From the human T2T-CHM13v2.0 reference genome, Homo sapiens: DNA of 64,000 nt. The first letter of the stretch is position 1. The number at the start of each line of letters is the position of its first letter. The notes under the pieces were generated by a model. The model saw only the letters and a list, made by a program, of their open reading frames with translations. It made no database searches and was not told the origin of the DNA. The stretch lies in NCBI RefSeq assembly GCF_009914755.1, contig NC_060932.1. One strand, 5' to 3'. Positions 1 through 13,000 of the stretch are shown piece by piece. The translations under genes were made by a program, and so were the position numbers.

Positions 1-51
1 AACCACACTTTTTGTAGAATCTGCAAGTGGATATTTGGATAGCTGTGAGGA

Positions 52-68
52 TTTCGTTGGAAACGGGA
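52..68 (+). promoter_or_regulatory. CENP-B box 1 (intact); recurs once per HOR
   Basis: TTTCGTTGGAAACGGGA matches the core NTTCGNNNNANNCGGGN. Confidence 0.95.
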
Positions 69-222
69 ATGTCTTCATAGAAAATTTAGACAGAAGCATT
101 CTCAGAACCTTGATTGTGATGTGTGTTCTCCACTAACAGAGTTGAACCTTTCTTTTGACAGAACTGTTCTGAAACATTCTTGTTATAGAATCTGGAAGTG
201 GATATTTGGAAAGCTTTGAGGA

Positions 223-239
223 TTTCGTTGGAAACGGGA
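223..239 (+). promoter_or_regulatory. CENP-B box 2 (intact), 171 bp after box 1; recurs once per HOR
   Basis: TTTCGTTGGAAACGGGA, full core match. Confidence 0.95.
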
Positions 240-393
240 ATATCTTCAAATCAAATCTAGCCAGAAGCATTCTAAGAAACATCTTAGGGATGTTTACATT
301 CAAGTCACAGAGTTGAACATTCCCTTTCACAGAGCAGGTTTGAAACAATCTTCTCGTACTATCTGGCAGTGGACATTTTGAGCTCCTTGGGGC

Positions 394-410
394 CTATGCT
401 GAAAAAGGAA
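394..410 (+). promoter_or_regulatory. A-type (pJalpha-like) box
   Basis: CTATGCTGAAAAAGGAA at the position homologous to the CENP-B box; resembles the pJalpha motif CTAYGGTGRAAAAGGAA. Confidence 0.75.
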
Positions 411-564
411 ATATCTTCCGACAAAAACTAGACAGAAGCATTCGCAGAATCACGTTTGTGATGTGTGCACTCAACTGTCAGAATTGAACCTTGGTTTGGA
501 CAGAGCACTTTTGAAACACTCTTTTTGTAGAATCTGCAGGTGGATATTTGGCTAGCTTTGAGGA

Positions 565-581
565 TTTCGTTGGAAACGGTA
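565..581 (+). promoter_or_regulatory. Degenerate CENP-B box (CGGG>CGGT), predicted non-binding or weak; fixed in all HOR copies read
   Basis: TTTCGTTGGAAACGGTA: one of the nine core positions (last G of CGGG, 580) is T. Confidence 0.85.
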
Positions 582-735
582 ATGTCTTCAAAGAAAATCT
601 AGACAGAAGCATTCTCAGAAACACCTTCGTGATGTTTGCAATCAAGTCACAGAGTTGAACCTTCCGTTTCATAGAGCAGGTTGGAAACACTCTTTTTGTA
701 GTATCTGGAAGTGGACATTTGGAGGGCTTTGTAGC

Positions 736-752
736 CTATGTGGAAAAAGGAA
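736..752 (+). promoter_or_regulatory. A-type (pJalpha-like) box, polymorphic G/C at 740 among HOR copies
   Basis: CTATGTGGAAAAAGGAA or CTATCTGGAAAAAGGAA at the box position. Confidence 0.7.
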
Positions 753-906
753 ATATCTTCCCATGAATGCGAGATAGAAGTAATCTCAGAAACATGTTTA
801 TGCTGTATCTACTCAACTAACTGTGCTGAACATTTCTATTGATAGAGCAGTTTTGAGACACTCTTCTTTTGGAATCTGCAAGTGGATATTTGGATAGATT
901 TGAGGA

Positions 907-923
907 TTTCGTTGGAAACGGGA
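907..923 (+). promoter_or_regulatory. CENP-B box 3 (intact), in the 167-bp monomer; recurs once per HOR
   Basis: TTTCGTTGGAAACGGGA, full core match. Confidence 0.95.
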
Positions 924-1073
924 TTATATATCAAAAGTAGACAGCAGCATTCTCAGAAACTTCTTTGTGATGTTTGCATCCAGCTCTCAGAGTTGAACAT
1001 TCCCTTTCATAGAGTAGGTTTGAAACCCTCTTTTTATAGTGTCTGGAAGCGGGCATTTGGAGCGCTTTCAGGC

Positions 1074-1090
1074 CTATGCTGAAAAAGGAA
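1074..1090 (+). promoter_or_regulatory. A-type (pJalpha-like) box
   Basis: CTATGCTGAAAAAGGAA at the box position. Confidence 0.75.
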
Positions 1091-4000
1091 ATATCTACCT
1101 ATAGAAACTAGACAGAAGCATTCTGAGAATCACGTTTGTGATGTGGGTACTCAACTAACAGTGTTGATCCATTCTTTTGATACAGCAGTTTTGAACCACA
1201 CTTTTTGTAGAATCTGCAAGTGGATATTTGGATAGCTGTGAGGATTTCGTTGGAAACGGGAATGTCTTCATAGAAAATTTAGACAGAAGCATTCTCAGAA
1301 CCTTGATTGTGATGTGTGTTCTCCACTAACAGAGTTGAACCTTTCTTTTGACAGAACTGTTCTGAAACATTCTTTATATAGAATCTGGAAGTGGATATTT
1401 GGAAAGCTTTGAGGATTTCGTTGGAAACGGGAATATCTTCAAATCAAATCTAGCCAGAAGCATTCTAAGAAACATCTTAGGGATGTTTACATTCAAGTCA
1501 CAGAGTTGAACATTCCCTTTCACAGAGCAGGTTTGAAACAATCTTCTCGTACTATCTGGCAGTGGACATTTTGAGCTCCTTGGGGCCTATGCTGAAAAAG
1601 GAAATATCTTCCGACAAAAACTAGACAGAAGCATTCGCAGAATCACGTTTGTGATGTGTGCACTCAACTGTCAGAATTGAACCTTGGTTTGGACAGAGCA
1701 CTTTTGAAACACTCTTTTTGTAGAATCTGCAGGTGGATATTTGGCTAGCTTTGAGGATTTCGTTGGAAACGGTAATGTCTTCAAAGAAAATCTAGACAGA
1801 AGCATTCTCAGAAACACCTTCGTGATGTTTGCAATCAAGTCACAGAGTTGAACCTTCCGTTTCATAGAGCAGGTTGGAAACACTCTTTTTGTAGTATCTG
1901 GAAGTGGACATTTGGAGGGCTTTGTAGCCTATCTGGAAAAAGGAAATATCTTCCCATGAATGCGAGATAGAAGTAATCTCAGAAACATGTTTATGCTGTA
2001 TCTACTCAACTAACTGTGCTGAACATTTCTATTGATAGAGCAGTTTTGAGACACTCTTCTTTTGGAATCTGCAAGTGGATATTTGGATAGATTTGAGGAT
2101 TTCGTTGGAAACGGGATTATATATCAAAAGTAGACAGCAGCATTCTCAGAAACTTCTTTGTGATGTTTGCATCCAGCTCTCAGAGTTGAACATTCCCTTT
2201 CATAGAGTAGGTTTGAAACCCTCTTTTTATAGTGTCTGGAAGCGGGCATTTAGAGCGCTTTCAGGCCTATGCTGAAAAAGGAAATATCTACCTATAGAAA
2301 CTAGACAGAAGCATTCTGAGAATCACGTTTGTGATGTGGGTACTCAACTAACAGTGTTGATCCATTCTTTTGATACAGCAGTTTTGAACCACACTTTTTG
2401 TAGAATCTGCAAGTGGATATTTGGATAGCTGTGAGGATTTCGTTGGAAACGGGAATGTCTTCATAGAAAATTTAGACAGAAGCATTCTCAGAACCTTGAT
2501 TGTGATGTGTGTTCTCCACTAACAGAGTTGAACCTTTCTTTTGACAGAACTGTTCTGAAACATTCTTGTTATAGAATCTGGAAGTGGATATTTGGAAAGC
2601 TTTGAGGATTTCGTTGGAAACGGGAATATCTTCAAATCAAATCTAGCCAGAAGCATTCTAAGAAACATCTTAGGGATGTTTACATTCAAGTCACAGAGTT
2701 GAACATTCCCTTTCACAGAGCAGGTTTGAAACAATCTTCTCGTACTATCTGGCAGTGGACATTTTGAGCTCCTTGGGGCCTATGCTGAAAAAGGAAATAT
2801 CTTCCGACAAAAACTAGACAGAAGCATTCGCAGAATCACGTTTGTGATGTGTGCACTCAACTGTCAGAATTGAACCTTGGTTTGGACAGAGCACTTTTGA
2901 AACACTCTTTTTGTAGAATCTGCAGGTGGATATTTGGCTAGCTTTGAGGATTTCGTTGGAAACGGTAATGTCTTCAAAGAAAATCTAGACAGAAGCATTC
3001 TCAGAAACACCTTCGTGATGTTTGCAATCAAGTCACAGAGTTGAACCTTCCGTTTCATAGAGCAGGTTGGAAACACTCTTTTTGTAGTATCTGGAAGTGG
3101 ACATTTGGAGGGCTTTGTAGCCTATCTGGAAAAAGGAAATATCTTCCCATGAATGCGAGATAGAAGTAATCTCAGAAACATGTTTATGCTGTATCTACTC
3201 AACTAACTGTGCTGAACATTTCTATTGATAGAGCAGTTTTGAGACACTCTTCTTTTGGAATCTGCAAGTGGATATTTGGATAGATTTGAGGATTTCGTTG
3301 GAAACGGGATTATATATAAAAAGTAGACAGCAGCATTCTCAGAAACTTCTTTGTGATGTTTGCATCCAGCTCTCAGAGTTGAACATTCCCTTTCATAGAG
3401 TAGGTTTGAAACCCTCTTTTTATAGTGTCTGGAAGCGGGCATTTGGAGCGCTTTCAGGCCTATGCTGAAAAAGGAAATATCTACCTATAGAAACTAGACA
3501 GAAGCATTCTGAGAATCACGTTTGTGATGTGGGTACTCAACTAACAGTGTTGATCCATTCTTTTGATACAGCAGTTTTGAACCACACTTTTTGTAGAATC
3601 TGCAAGTGGATATTTGGATAGCTGTGAGGATTTCGTTGGAAACGGGAATGTCTTCATAGAAAATTTAGACAGAAGCATTCTCAGAACCTTGATTGTGATG
3701 TGTGTTCTCCACTAACAGAGTTGAACCTTTCTTTTGACAGAACTGTTCTGAAACATTCTTTTTATAGAATCTGGAAGTGGATATTTGGAAAGCTTTGAGG
3801 ATTTCGTTGGAAACGGGAATATCTTCAAATCAAATCTAGCCAGAAGCATTCTAAGAAACATCTTAGGGATGTTTACATTCAAGTCACAGAGTTGAACATT
3901 CCCTTTCACAGAGCAGGTTTGAAACAATCTTCTCGTACTATCTGGCAGTGGACATTTTGAGCTCCTTGGGGCCTATGCTGAAAAAGGAAATATCTTCCGA

Positions 4001-7000
4001 CAAAAACTAGACAGAAGCATTCGCAGAATCACGTTTGTGATGTGTGCACTCAACTGTCAGAATTGAACCTTGGTTTGGACAGAGCACTTTTGAAACACTC
4101 TTTTTGTAGAATCTGCAGGTGGATATTTGGCTAGCTTTGAGGATTTCGTTGGAAACGGTAATGTCTTCAAAGAAAATCTAGACAGAAGCATTCTCAGAAA
4201 CACCTTCGTGATGTTTGCAATCAAGTCACAGAGTTGAACCTTCCGTTTCATAGAGCAGGTTGGAAACACTCTTTTTGTAGTATCTGGAAGTGGACATTTG
4301 GAGGGCTTTGTAGCCTATCTGGAAAAAGGAAATATCTTCCCATGAATGCGAGATAGAAGTAATCTCAGAAACATGTTTATGCTGTATCTACTCAACTAAC
4401 TGTGCTGAACATTTCTATTGATAGAGCAGTTTTGAGACACTCTTCTTTTGGAATCTGCAAGTGGATATTTGGATAGATTTGAGGATTTCGTTGGAAACGG
4501 GATTATATATCAAAAGTAGACAGCAGCATTCTCAGAAACTTCTTTGTGATGTTTGCATCCAGCTCTCAGAGTTGAACATTCCCTTTCATAGAGTAGGTTT
4601 GAAACCCTCTTTTTATAGTGTCTGGAAGCGGGCATTTGGAGCGCTTTCAGGCCTATGCTGAAAAAGGAAATATCTACCTATAGAAACTAGACAGAAGCAT
4701 TCTGAGAATCACGTTTGTGATGTGGGTACTCAACTAACAGTGTTGATCCATTCTTTTGATACAGCAGTTTTGAACCACACTTTTTGTAGAATCTGCAAGT
4801 GGATATTTGGATAGCTGTGAGGATTTCGTTGGAAACGGGAATGTCTTCATAGAAAATTTAGACAGAAGCATTCTCAGAACCTTGATTGTGATGTGTGTTC
4901 TCCACTAACAGAGTTGAACCTTTCTTTTGACAGAACTGTTCTGAAACATTCTTTTTATAGAATCTGGAAGTGGATATTTGGAAAGCTTTGAGGATTTCGT
5001 TGGAAACGGGAATATCTTCAAATAAAATCTAGCCAGAAGCATTCCAAGAAACATCTTAGGGATGTTTACATTCAAGTCACAGAGTTGAACATTCCCTTTC
5101 ACAGAGCAGGTTTGAAACAATCTTCTCGTACTATCTGGCAGTGGACATTTTGAGCTCCTTGGGGCCTATGCTGAAAAACGAAATATCTTCCGACAAAAAC
5201 TAGACAGAAGCATTCGCAGAATCACGTTTGTGATGTGTGCACTCAACTGTCAGAATTGAACCTTGGTTTGGACAGAGCACTTTTGAAACACTCTTTTTGT
5301 AGAATCTGCAGGTGGATATTTAGCTAGCTTTGAGGATTTCGTTGGAAACGGTAATGTCTTCAAAGAAAATCTAGACAGAAGCATTCTCAGAAACACCTTC
5401 GTGATGTTTGCAATCAAGTCACAGAGTTGAACCTTCCGTTTCATAGAGCAGGTTGGAAACACTCTTTTTGTAGTATCTGGAAGTGGACATTTGGAGGGCT
5501 TTGTAGCCTATCTGGAAAAAGGAAATATCTTCCCATGAATGCGAGATAGAAGTAATCTCAGAAACATGTTTATGCTGTATCTACTCAACTAACTGTGCTG
5601 AACATTTCTATTGATAGAGCAGTTTTGAGACACTCTTCTTTTGGAATCTGCAAGTGGATATTTGGATAGATTTGAGGATTTCGTTGGAAACGGGATTATA
5701 TATAAAAAGTAGACAGCAGCATTCTCAGAAACTTCTTTGTGATGTTTGCATCCAGCTCTCAGAGTTGAACATTCCCTTTCATAGAGTAGGTTTGAAACCC
5801 TCTTTTTATAGTGTCTGGAAGCGGGCATTTGGAGCGCTTTCGGGCCTATGCTGAAAAAGGAAATATCTACCTATAGAAACTAGACAGAAGCATTCTGAGA
5901 ATCACGTTTGTGATGTGGGTACTCAACTAACAGTGTTGATCCATTCTTTTGATACAGCAGTTTTGAACCACACTTTTTGTAGAATCTGCAAGTGGATATT
6001 TGGATAGCTGTGAGGATTTCGTTGGAAACGGGAATGTCTTCATAGAAAATTTAGACAGAAGCATTCTCAGAACCTTGATTGTGATGTGTGTTCTCCACTA
6101 ACAGAGTTGAACCTTTCTTTTGACAGAACTGTTCTGAAACATTCTTGTTATAGAATCTGGAAGTGGATATTTGGAAAGCTTTGAGGATTTCGTTGGAAAC
6201 GGGAATATCTTCAAATCAAATCTAGCCAGAAGCATTCTAAGAAACATCTTAGGGATGTTTACATTCAAGTCACAGAGTTGAACATTCCCTTTCACAGAGC
6301 AGGTTTGAAACAATCTTCTCGTACTATCTGGCAGTGGACATTTTGAGCTCCTTGGGGCCTATGCTGAAAAAGGAAATATCTTCCGACAAAAACTAGACAG
6401 AAGCATTCGCAGAATCACGTTTGTGATGTGTGCACTCAACTGTCAGAATTGAACCTTGGTTTGGACAGAGCACTTTTGAAACACTCTTTTTGTAGAATCT
6501 GCAGGTGGATATTTGGCTAGCTTTGAGGATTTCGTTGGAAACGGTAATGTCTTCAAAGAAAATCTAGACAGAAGCATTCTCAGAAACACCTTCGTGATGT
6601 TTGCAATCAAGTCACAGAGTTGAACCTTCCGTTTCATAGAGCAGGTTGGAAACACTCTTTTTGTAGTATCTGGAAGTGGACATTTGGAGGGCTTTGTAGC
6701 CTATGTGGAAAAAGGAAATATCTTCCCATGAATGCGAGATAGAAGTAATCTCAGAAACATGTTTATGCTGTATCTACTCAACTAACTGTGCTGAACATTT
6801 CTATTGATAGAGCAGTTTTGAGACACTCTTCTTTTGGAATCTGCAAGTGGATATTTGGATAGATTTGAGGATTTCGTTGGAAACGGGATTATATATCAAA
6901 AGTAGACAGCAGCATTCTCAGAAACTTCTTTGTGATGTTTGCATCCAGCTCTCAGAGTTGAACATTCCCTTTCATAGAGTAGGTTTGAAACCCTCTTTTT

Positions 7001-10000
7001 ATAGTGTCTGGAAGCGGGCATTTGGAGCGCTTTCAGGCCTATGCTGAAAAAGGAAATATCTACCTATGGAAACTAGACAGAAGCATTCTGAGAATCACGT
7101 TTGTGATGTGGGTACTCAACTAACAGTGTTGATCCATTCTTTTGATACAGCAGTTTTGAACCACACTTTTTGTAGAATCTGCAAGTGGATATTTGGATAG
7201 CTGTGAGGATTTCGTTGGAAACGGGAATGTCTTCATAGAAAATTTAGACAGAAGCATTCTCAGAACCTTGATTGTGATGTGTGTTCTCCACTAACAGAGT
7301 TGAACCTTTCTTTTGACAGAACTGTTCTGAAACATTCTTGTTATAGAATCTGGAAGTGGATATTTGGAAAGCTTTGAGGATTTCGTTGGAAACGGGAATA
7401 TCTTCAAATCAAATCTAGCCAGAAGCATTCTAAGAAACATCTTAGGGATGTTTACATTCAAGTCACAGAGTTGAACATTCCCTTTCACAGAGCAGGTTTG
7501 AAACAATCTTCTCGTACTATCTGGCAGTGGACATTTTGAGCTCCTTGGGGCCTATGCTGAAAAAGGAAATATCTTCCGACAAAAACTAGACAGAAGCATT
7601 CGCAGAATCGCGTTTGTGATGTGTGCACTCAACTGTCAGAATTGAACCTTGGTTTGGACAGAGCACTTTTGAAACACTCTTTTTGTAGAATCTGCAGGTG
7701 GATATTTGGCTAGCTTTGAGGATTTCGTTGGAAACGGTAATGTCTTCAAAGAAAATCTAGACAGAAGCATTCTCAGAAACACCTTCGTGATGTTTGCAAT
7801 CAAGTCACAGAGTTGAACCTTCCGTTTCATAGAGCAGGTTGGAAACACTCTTTTTGTAGTATCTGGAAGTGGACATTTGGAGGGCTTTGTAGCCTATGTG
7901 GAAAAAGGAAATATCTTCCCATGAATGCGAGATAGAAGTAATCTCAGAAACATGTTTATGCTGTATCTACTCAACTAACTGTGCTGAACATTTCTATTGA
8001 TAGAGCAGTTTTGAGACACTCTTCTTTTGGAATCTGCAAGTGGATATTTGGATAGATTTGAGGATTTCGTTGGAAACGGGATTATATATCAAAAGTAGAC
8101 AGCAGCATTCTCAGAAACTTCTTTGTGATGTTTGCATCCAGCTCTCAGAGTTGAACATTCCCTTTCATAGAGTAGGTTTGAAACCCTCTTTTTATAGTGT
8201 CTGGAAGCGGGCATTTGGAGCGCTTTCAGGCCTATGCTGAAAAAGGAAATATCTACCTATAGAAACTAGACAGAAGCATTCTGAGAATCACGTTTGTGAT
8301 GTGGGTACTCAACTAACAGTGTTGATCCATTCTTTTGATACAGCAGTTTTGAACCACACTTTTTGTAGAATCTGCAAGTGGATATTTGGATAGCTGTGAG
8401 GATTTCGTTGGAAACGGGAATGTCTTCATAGAAAATTTAGACAGAAGCATTCTCAGAACCTTGATTGTGATGTGTGTTCTCCACTAACAGAGTTGAACCT
8501 TTCTTTTGACAGAACTGTTATGAAACATTCTTTTTATAGAATCTGGAAGTGGATATTTGGAAAGCTTTGAGGATTTCGTTGGAAACGGGAATATCTTCAA
8601 ATAAAATCTAGCCAGAAGCATTCTAAGAAACATCTTAGGGATGTTTACATTCAAGTCACAGAGTTGAACATTCCCTTTCACAGAGCAGGTTTGAAACAAT
8701 CTTCTCGTACTATCTGGCAGTGGACATTTTGAGCTCCTTGGGGCCTATGCTGAAAAAGGAAATATCTTCCGACAAAAACTAGACAGAAGCATTCGCAGAA
8801 TCACGTTTGTGATGTGTGCACTCAACTGTCAGAATTGAACCTTGGTTTGGACAGAGCACTTTTGAAACACTCTTTTTGTAGAATCTGCAGGTGGATATTT
8901 GGCTAGCTTTGAGGATTTCGTTGGAAACGGTAATGTCTTCAAAGAAAATCTAGACAGAAGCATTCTCAGAAACACCTTCGTGATGTTTGCAATCAAGTCA
9001 CAGAGTTGAACCTTCCGTTTCATAGAGCAGGTTGGAAACACTCTTTGTAGTATCTGGAAGTGGACATTTGGAGGGCTTTGTAGCCTATCTGGAAAAAGGA
9101 AATATCTTCCCATGAATGCGAGATAGAAGTAATCTCAGAAACATGTTTATGCTGTATCTACTCAACTAACTGTGCTGAACATTTCTATTGATAGAGCAGT
9201 TTTGAGACACTCTTCTTTTGGAATCTGCAAGTGGATATTTGGATAGATTTGAGGATTTCGTTGGAAACGGGATTATATATCAAAAGTAGACAGCAGCATT
9301 CTCAGAAACTTCTTTGTGATGTTTGCATCCAGCTCTCAGAGTTGAACATTCCCTTTCATAGAGTAGGTTTGAAACCCTCTTTTTATAGTGTCTGGAAGCG
9401 GGCATTTGGAGCGCTTTCAGGCCTATGCTGAAAAAGGAAATATCTACCTATAGAAACTAGACAGAAGCATTCTGAGAATCACGTTTGTGATGTGGGTACT
9501 CAACTAACAGTGTTGATCCATTCTTTTGATACAGCAGTTTTGAACCACACTTTTTGTAGAATCTGCAAGTGGATATTTGGATAGCTGTGAGGATTTCGTT
9601 GGAAACGGGAATGTCTTCATAGAAAATTTAGACAGAAGCATTCTCAGAACCTTGATTGTGATGTGTGTTCTCCACTAACAGAGTTGAACCTTTCTTTTGA
9701 CAGAACTGTTCTGAAACATTCTTTTTATAGAATCTGGAAGTGGATATTTGGAAAGCTTTGAGGATTTCGTTGGAAACGGGAATATCTTCAAATAAAATCT
9801 AGCCAGAAGCATTCTAAGAAACATCTTAGGGATGTTTACATTCAAGTCACAGAGTTGAACATTCCCTTTCACAGAGCAGGTTTGAAACAATCTTCTCGTA
9901 CTATCTGGCAGTGGACATTTTGAGCTCCTTGGGGCCTATGCTGAAAAAGGAAATATCTTCCGACAAAAACTAGACAGAAGCATTCGCAGAATCACGTTTG

Positions 10001-13000
10001 TGATGTGTGCACTCAACTGTCAGAATTGAACCTTGGTTTGGACAGAGCACTTTTGAAACACTCTTTTTGTAGAATCTGCAGGTGGATATTTGGCTAGCTT
10101 TGAGGATTTCGTTGGAAACGGTAATGTCTTCAAAGAAAATCTAGACAGAAGCATTCTCAGAAACACCTTCGTGATGTTTGCAATCAAGTCACAGAGTTGA
10201 ACCTTCCGTTTCATAGAGCAGGTTGGAAACACTCTTTTTGTAGTATCTGGAAGTGGACATTTGGAGGGCTTTGTAGCCTATCTGGAAAAAGGAAATATCT
10301 TCCCATGAATGCGAGATAGAAGTAATCTCAGAAACATGTTTATGCTGTATCTACTCAACTAACTGTGCTGAACATTTCTATTGATAGAGCAGTTTTGAGA
10401 CACTCTTCTTTTGGAATCTGCAAGTGGATATTTGGATAGATTTGAGGATTTCGTTGGAAACGGGATTATGTATCAAAAGTAGACAGCAGCATTCTCAGAA
10501 ACTTCTTTGTGATGTTTGCATCCAGCTCTCAGAGTTGAACATTCCCTTTCATAGAGTAGGTTTGAAACCCTCTTTTTATAGTGTCTGGAAGCGGGCATTT
10601 GGAGCGCTTTCAGGCCTATGCTGAAAAAGGAAATATCTACCTATGGAAACTAGACAGAAGCATTCTGAGAATCACGTTTGTGATGTGGGTACTCAACTAA
10701 CAGTGTTGATCCATTCTTTTGATACAGCAGTTTTGAACCACACTTTTTGTAGAATCTGCAAGTGGATATTTGGATAGCTGTGAGGATTTCGTTGGAAACG
10801 GGAATGTCTTCATAGAAAATTTAGACAGAAGCATTCTCAGAACCTTGATTGTGATGTGTGTTCTCCACTAACAGAGTTGAACCTTTCTTTTGACAGAACT
10901 GTTCTGAAACATTCTTGTTATAGAATCTGGAAGTGGATATTTGGAAAGCTTTGAGGATTTCGTTGGAAACGGGAATATCTTCAAATCAAATCTAGCCAGA
11001 AGCATTCTAAGAAACATCTTAGGGATGTTTACATTCAAGTCACAGAGTTGAACATTCCCTTTCACAGAGCAGGTTTGAAACAATCTTCTCGTACTATCTG
11101 GCAGTGGACATTTTGAGCTCCTTGGGGCCTATGCTGAAAAAGGAAATATCTTCCGACAAAAACTAGACAGAAGCATTCGCAGAATCGCGTTTGTGATGTG
11201 TGCACTCAACTGTCAGAATTGAACCTTGGTTTGGACAGAGCACTTTTGAAACACTCTTTTTGTAGAATCTGCAGGTGGATATTTGGCTAGCTTTGAGGAT
11301 TTCGTTGGAAACGGTAATGTCTTCAAAGAAAATCTAGACAGAAGCATTCTCAGAAACACCTTCGTGATGTTTGCAATCAAGTCACAGAGTTGAACCTTCC
11401 GTTTCATAGAGCAGGTTGGAAACACTCTTTTTGTAGTATCTGGAAGTGGACATTTGGAGGGCTTTGTAGCCTATGTGGAAAAAGGAAATATCTTCCCATG
11501 AATGCGAGATAGAAGTAATCTCAGAAACATGTTTATGCTGTATCTACTCAACTAACTGTGCTGAACATTTCTATTGATAGAGCAGTTTTGAGACACTCTT
11601 CTTTTGGAATCTGCAAGTGGATATTTGGATAGATTTGAGGATTTCGTTGGAAACGGGATTATATATCAAAAGTAGACAGCAGCATTCTCAGAAACTTCTT
11701 TGTGATGTTTGCATCCAGCTCTCAGAGTTGAACATTCCCTTTCATAGAGTAGGTTTGAAACCCTCTTTTTATAGTGTCTGGAAGCGGGCATTTGGAGCAC
11801 TTTCAGGCCTATGCTGAAAAAGGAAATATCTACCTATAGAAACTAGACAGAAGCATTCTGAGAATCACGTTTGTGATGTGGGTACTCAACTAACAGTGTT
11901 GATCCATTCTTTTGATACAGCAGTTTTGAACCACACTTTTTGTAGAATCTGCAAGTGGATATTTGGATAGCTGTGAGGATTTCGTTGGAAACGGGAATGT
12001 CTTCATAGAAAATTTAGACAGAAGCATTCTCAGAACCTTGATTGTGATGTGTGTTCTCCACTAACAGAGTTGAACCTTTCTTTTGACAGAACTGTTCTGA
12101 AACATTCTTTTTATAGAATCTGGAAGTGGATATTTGGAAAGCTTTGAGGATTTCGTTGGAAACGGGAATATCTTCAAATAAAATCTAGCCAGAAGCATTC
12201 TAAGAAACATCTTAGGGATGTTTACATTCAAGTCACAGAGTTGAACATTCCCTTTCACAGAGCAGGTTTGAAACAATCTTCTCGTACTATCTGGCAGTGG
12301 ACATTTTGAGCTCCTTGGGGCCTATGCTGAAAAAGGAAATATCTTCCGACAAAAACTAGACAGAAGCATTCGCAGAATCACGTTTGTGATGTGTGCACTC
12401 AACTGTCAGAATTGAACCTTGGTTTGGACAGAGCACTTTTGAAACACTCTTTTTGTAGAATCTGCAGGTGGATATTTGGCTAGCTTTGAGGATTTCGTTG
12501 GAAACGGTAATGTCTTCAAAGAAAATCTAGACAGAAGCATTCTCAGAAACACCTTCGTGATGTTTGCAATCAAGTCACAGAGTTGAACCTTCCGTTTCAT
12601 AGAGCAGGTTGGAAACACTCTTTGTAGTATCTGGAAGTGGACATTTGGAGGGCTTTGTAGCCTATCTGGAAAAAGGAAATATCTTCCCATGAATGCGAGA
12701 TAGAAGTAATCTCAGAAACATGTTTATGCTGTATCTACTCAACTAACTGTGCTGAACATTTCTATTGATAGAGCAGTTTTGAGACACTCTTCTTTTGGAA
12801 TCTGCAAGTGGATATTTGGATAGATTTGAGGATTTCGTTGGAAACGGGATTATATATCAAAAGTAGACAGCAGCATTCTCAGAAACTTCTTTGTGATGTT
12901 TGCATCCAGCTCTCAGAGTTGAACATTCCCTTTCATAGAGTAGGTTTGAAACCCTCTTTTTATAGTGTCTGGAAGCGGGCATTTGGAGCGCTTTCAGGCC

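Larger units (their letters stand above)
97..1289 (+). repeat. One complete 7-mer HOR unit; monomer starts at 97, 268, 439, 610, 781, 948, 1119 (171,171,171,171,167,171,171 bp)
   Basis: The anchor CATTC/TAATC after (T)AGACAGAAG-like motifs was read at these positions; lengths sum to 1193. The 167-bp monomer is shortened just after its CENP-B box (GGGATTATATATCAAAAGTAGACAGCAG). Confidence 0.93.

Noticed and set aside
924-936. TATA-like TTATATAT(C/A)AAAA next to CENP-B box 3 as a promoter
   Set aside because: It is an AT-rich remnant at the 4-bp-shortened monomer end. Alpha-satellite transcription is known, but sequence alone gives no support for a promoter here.
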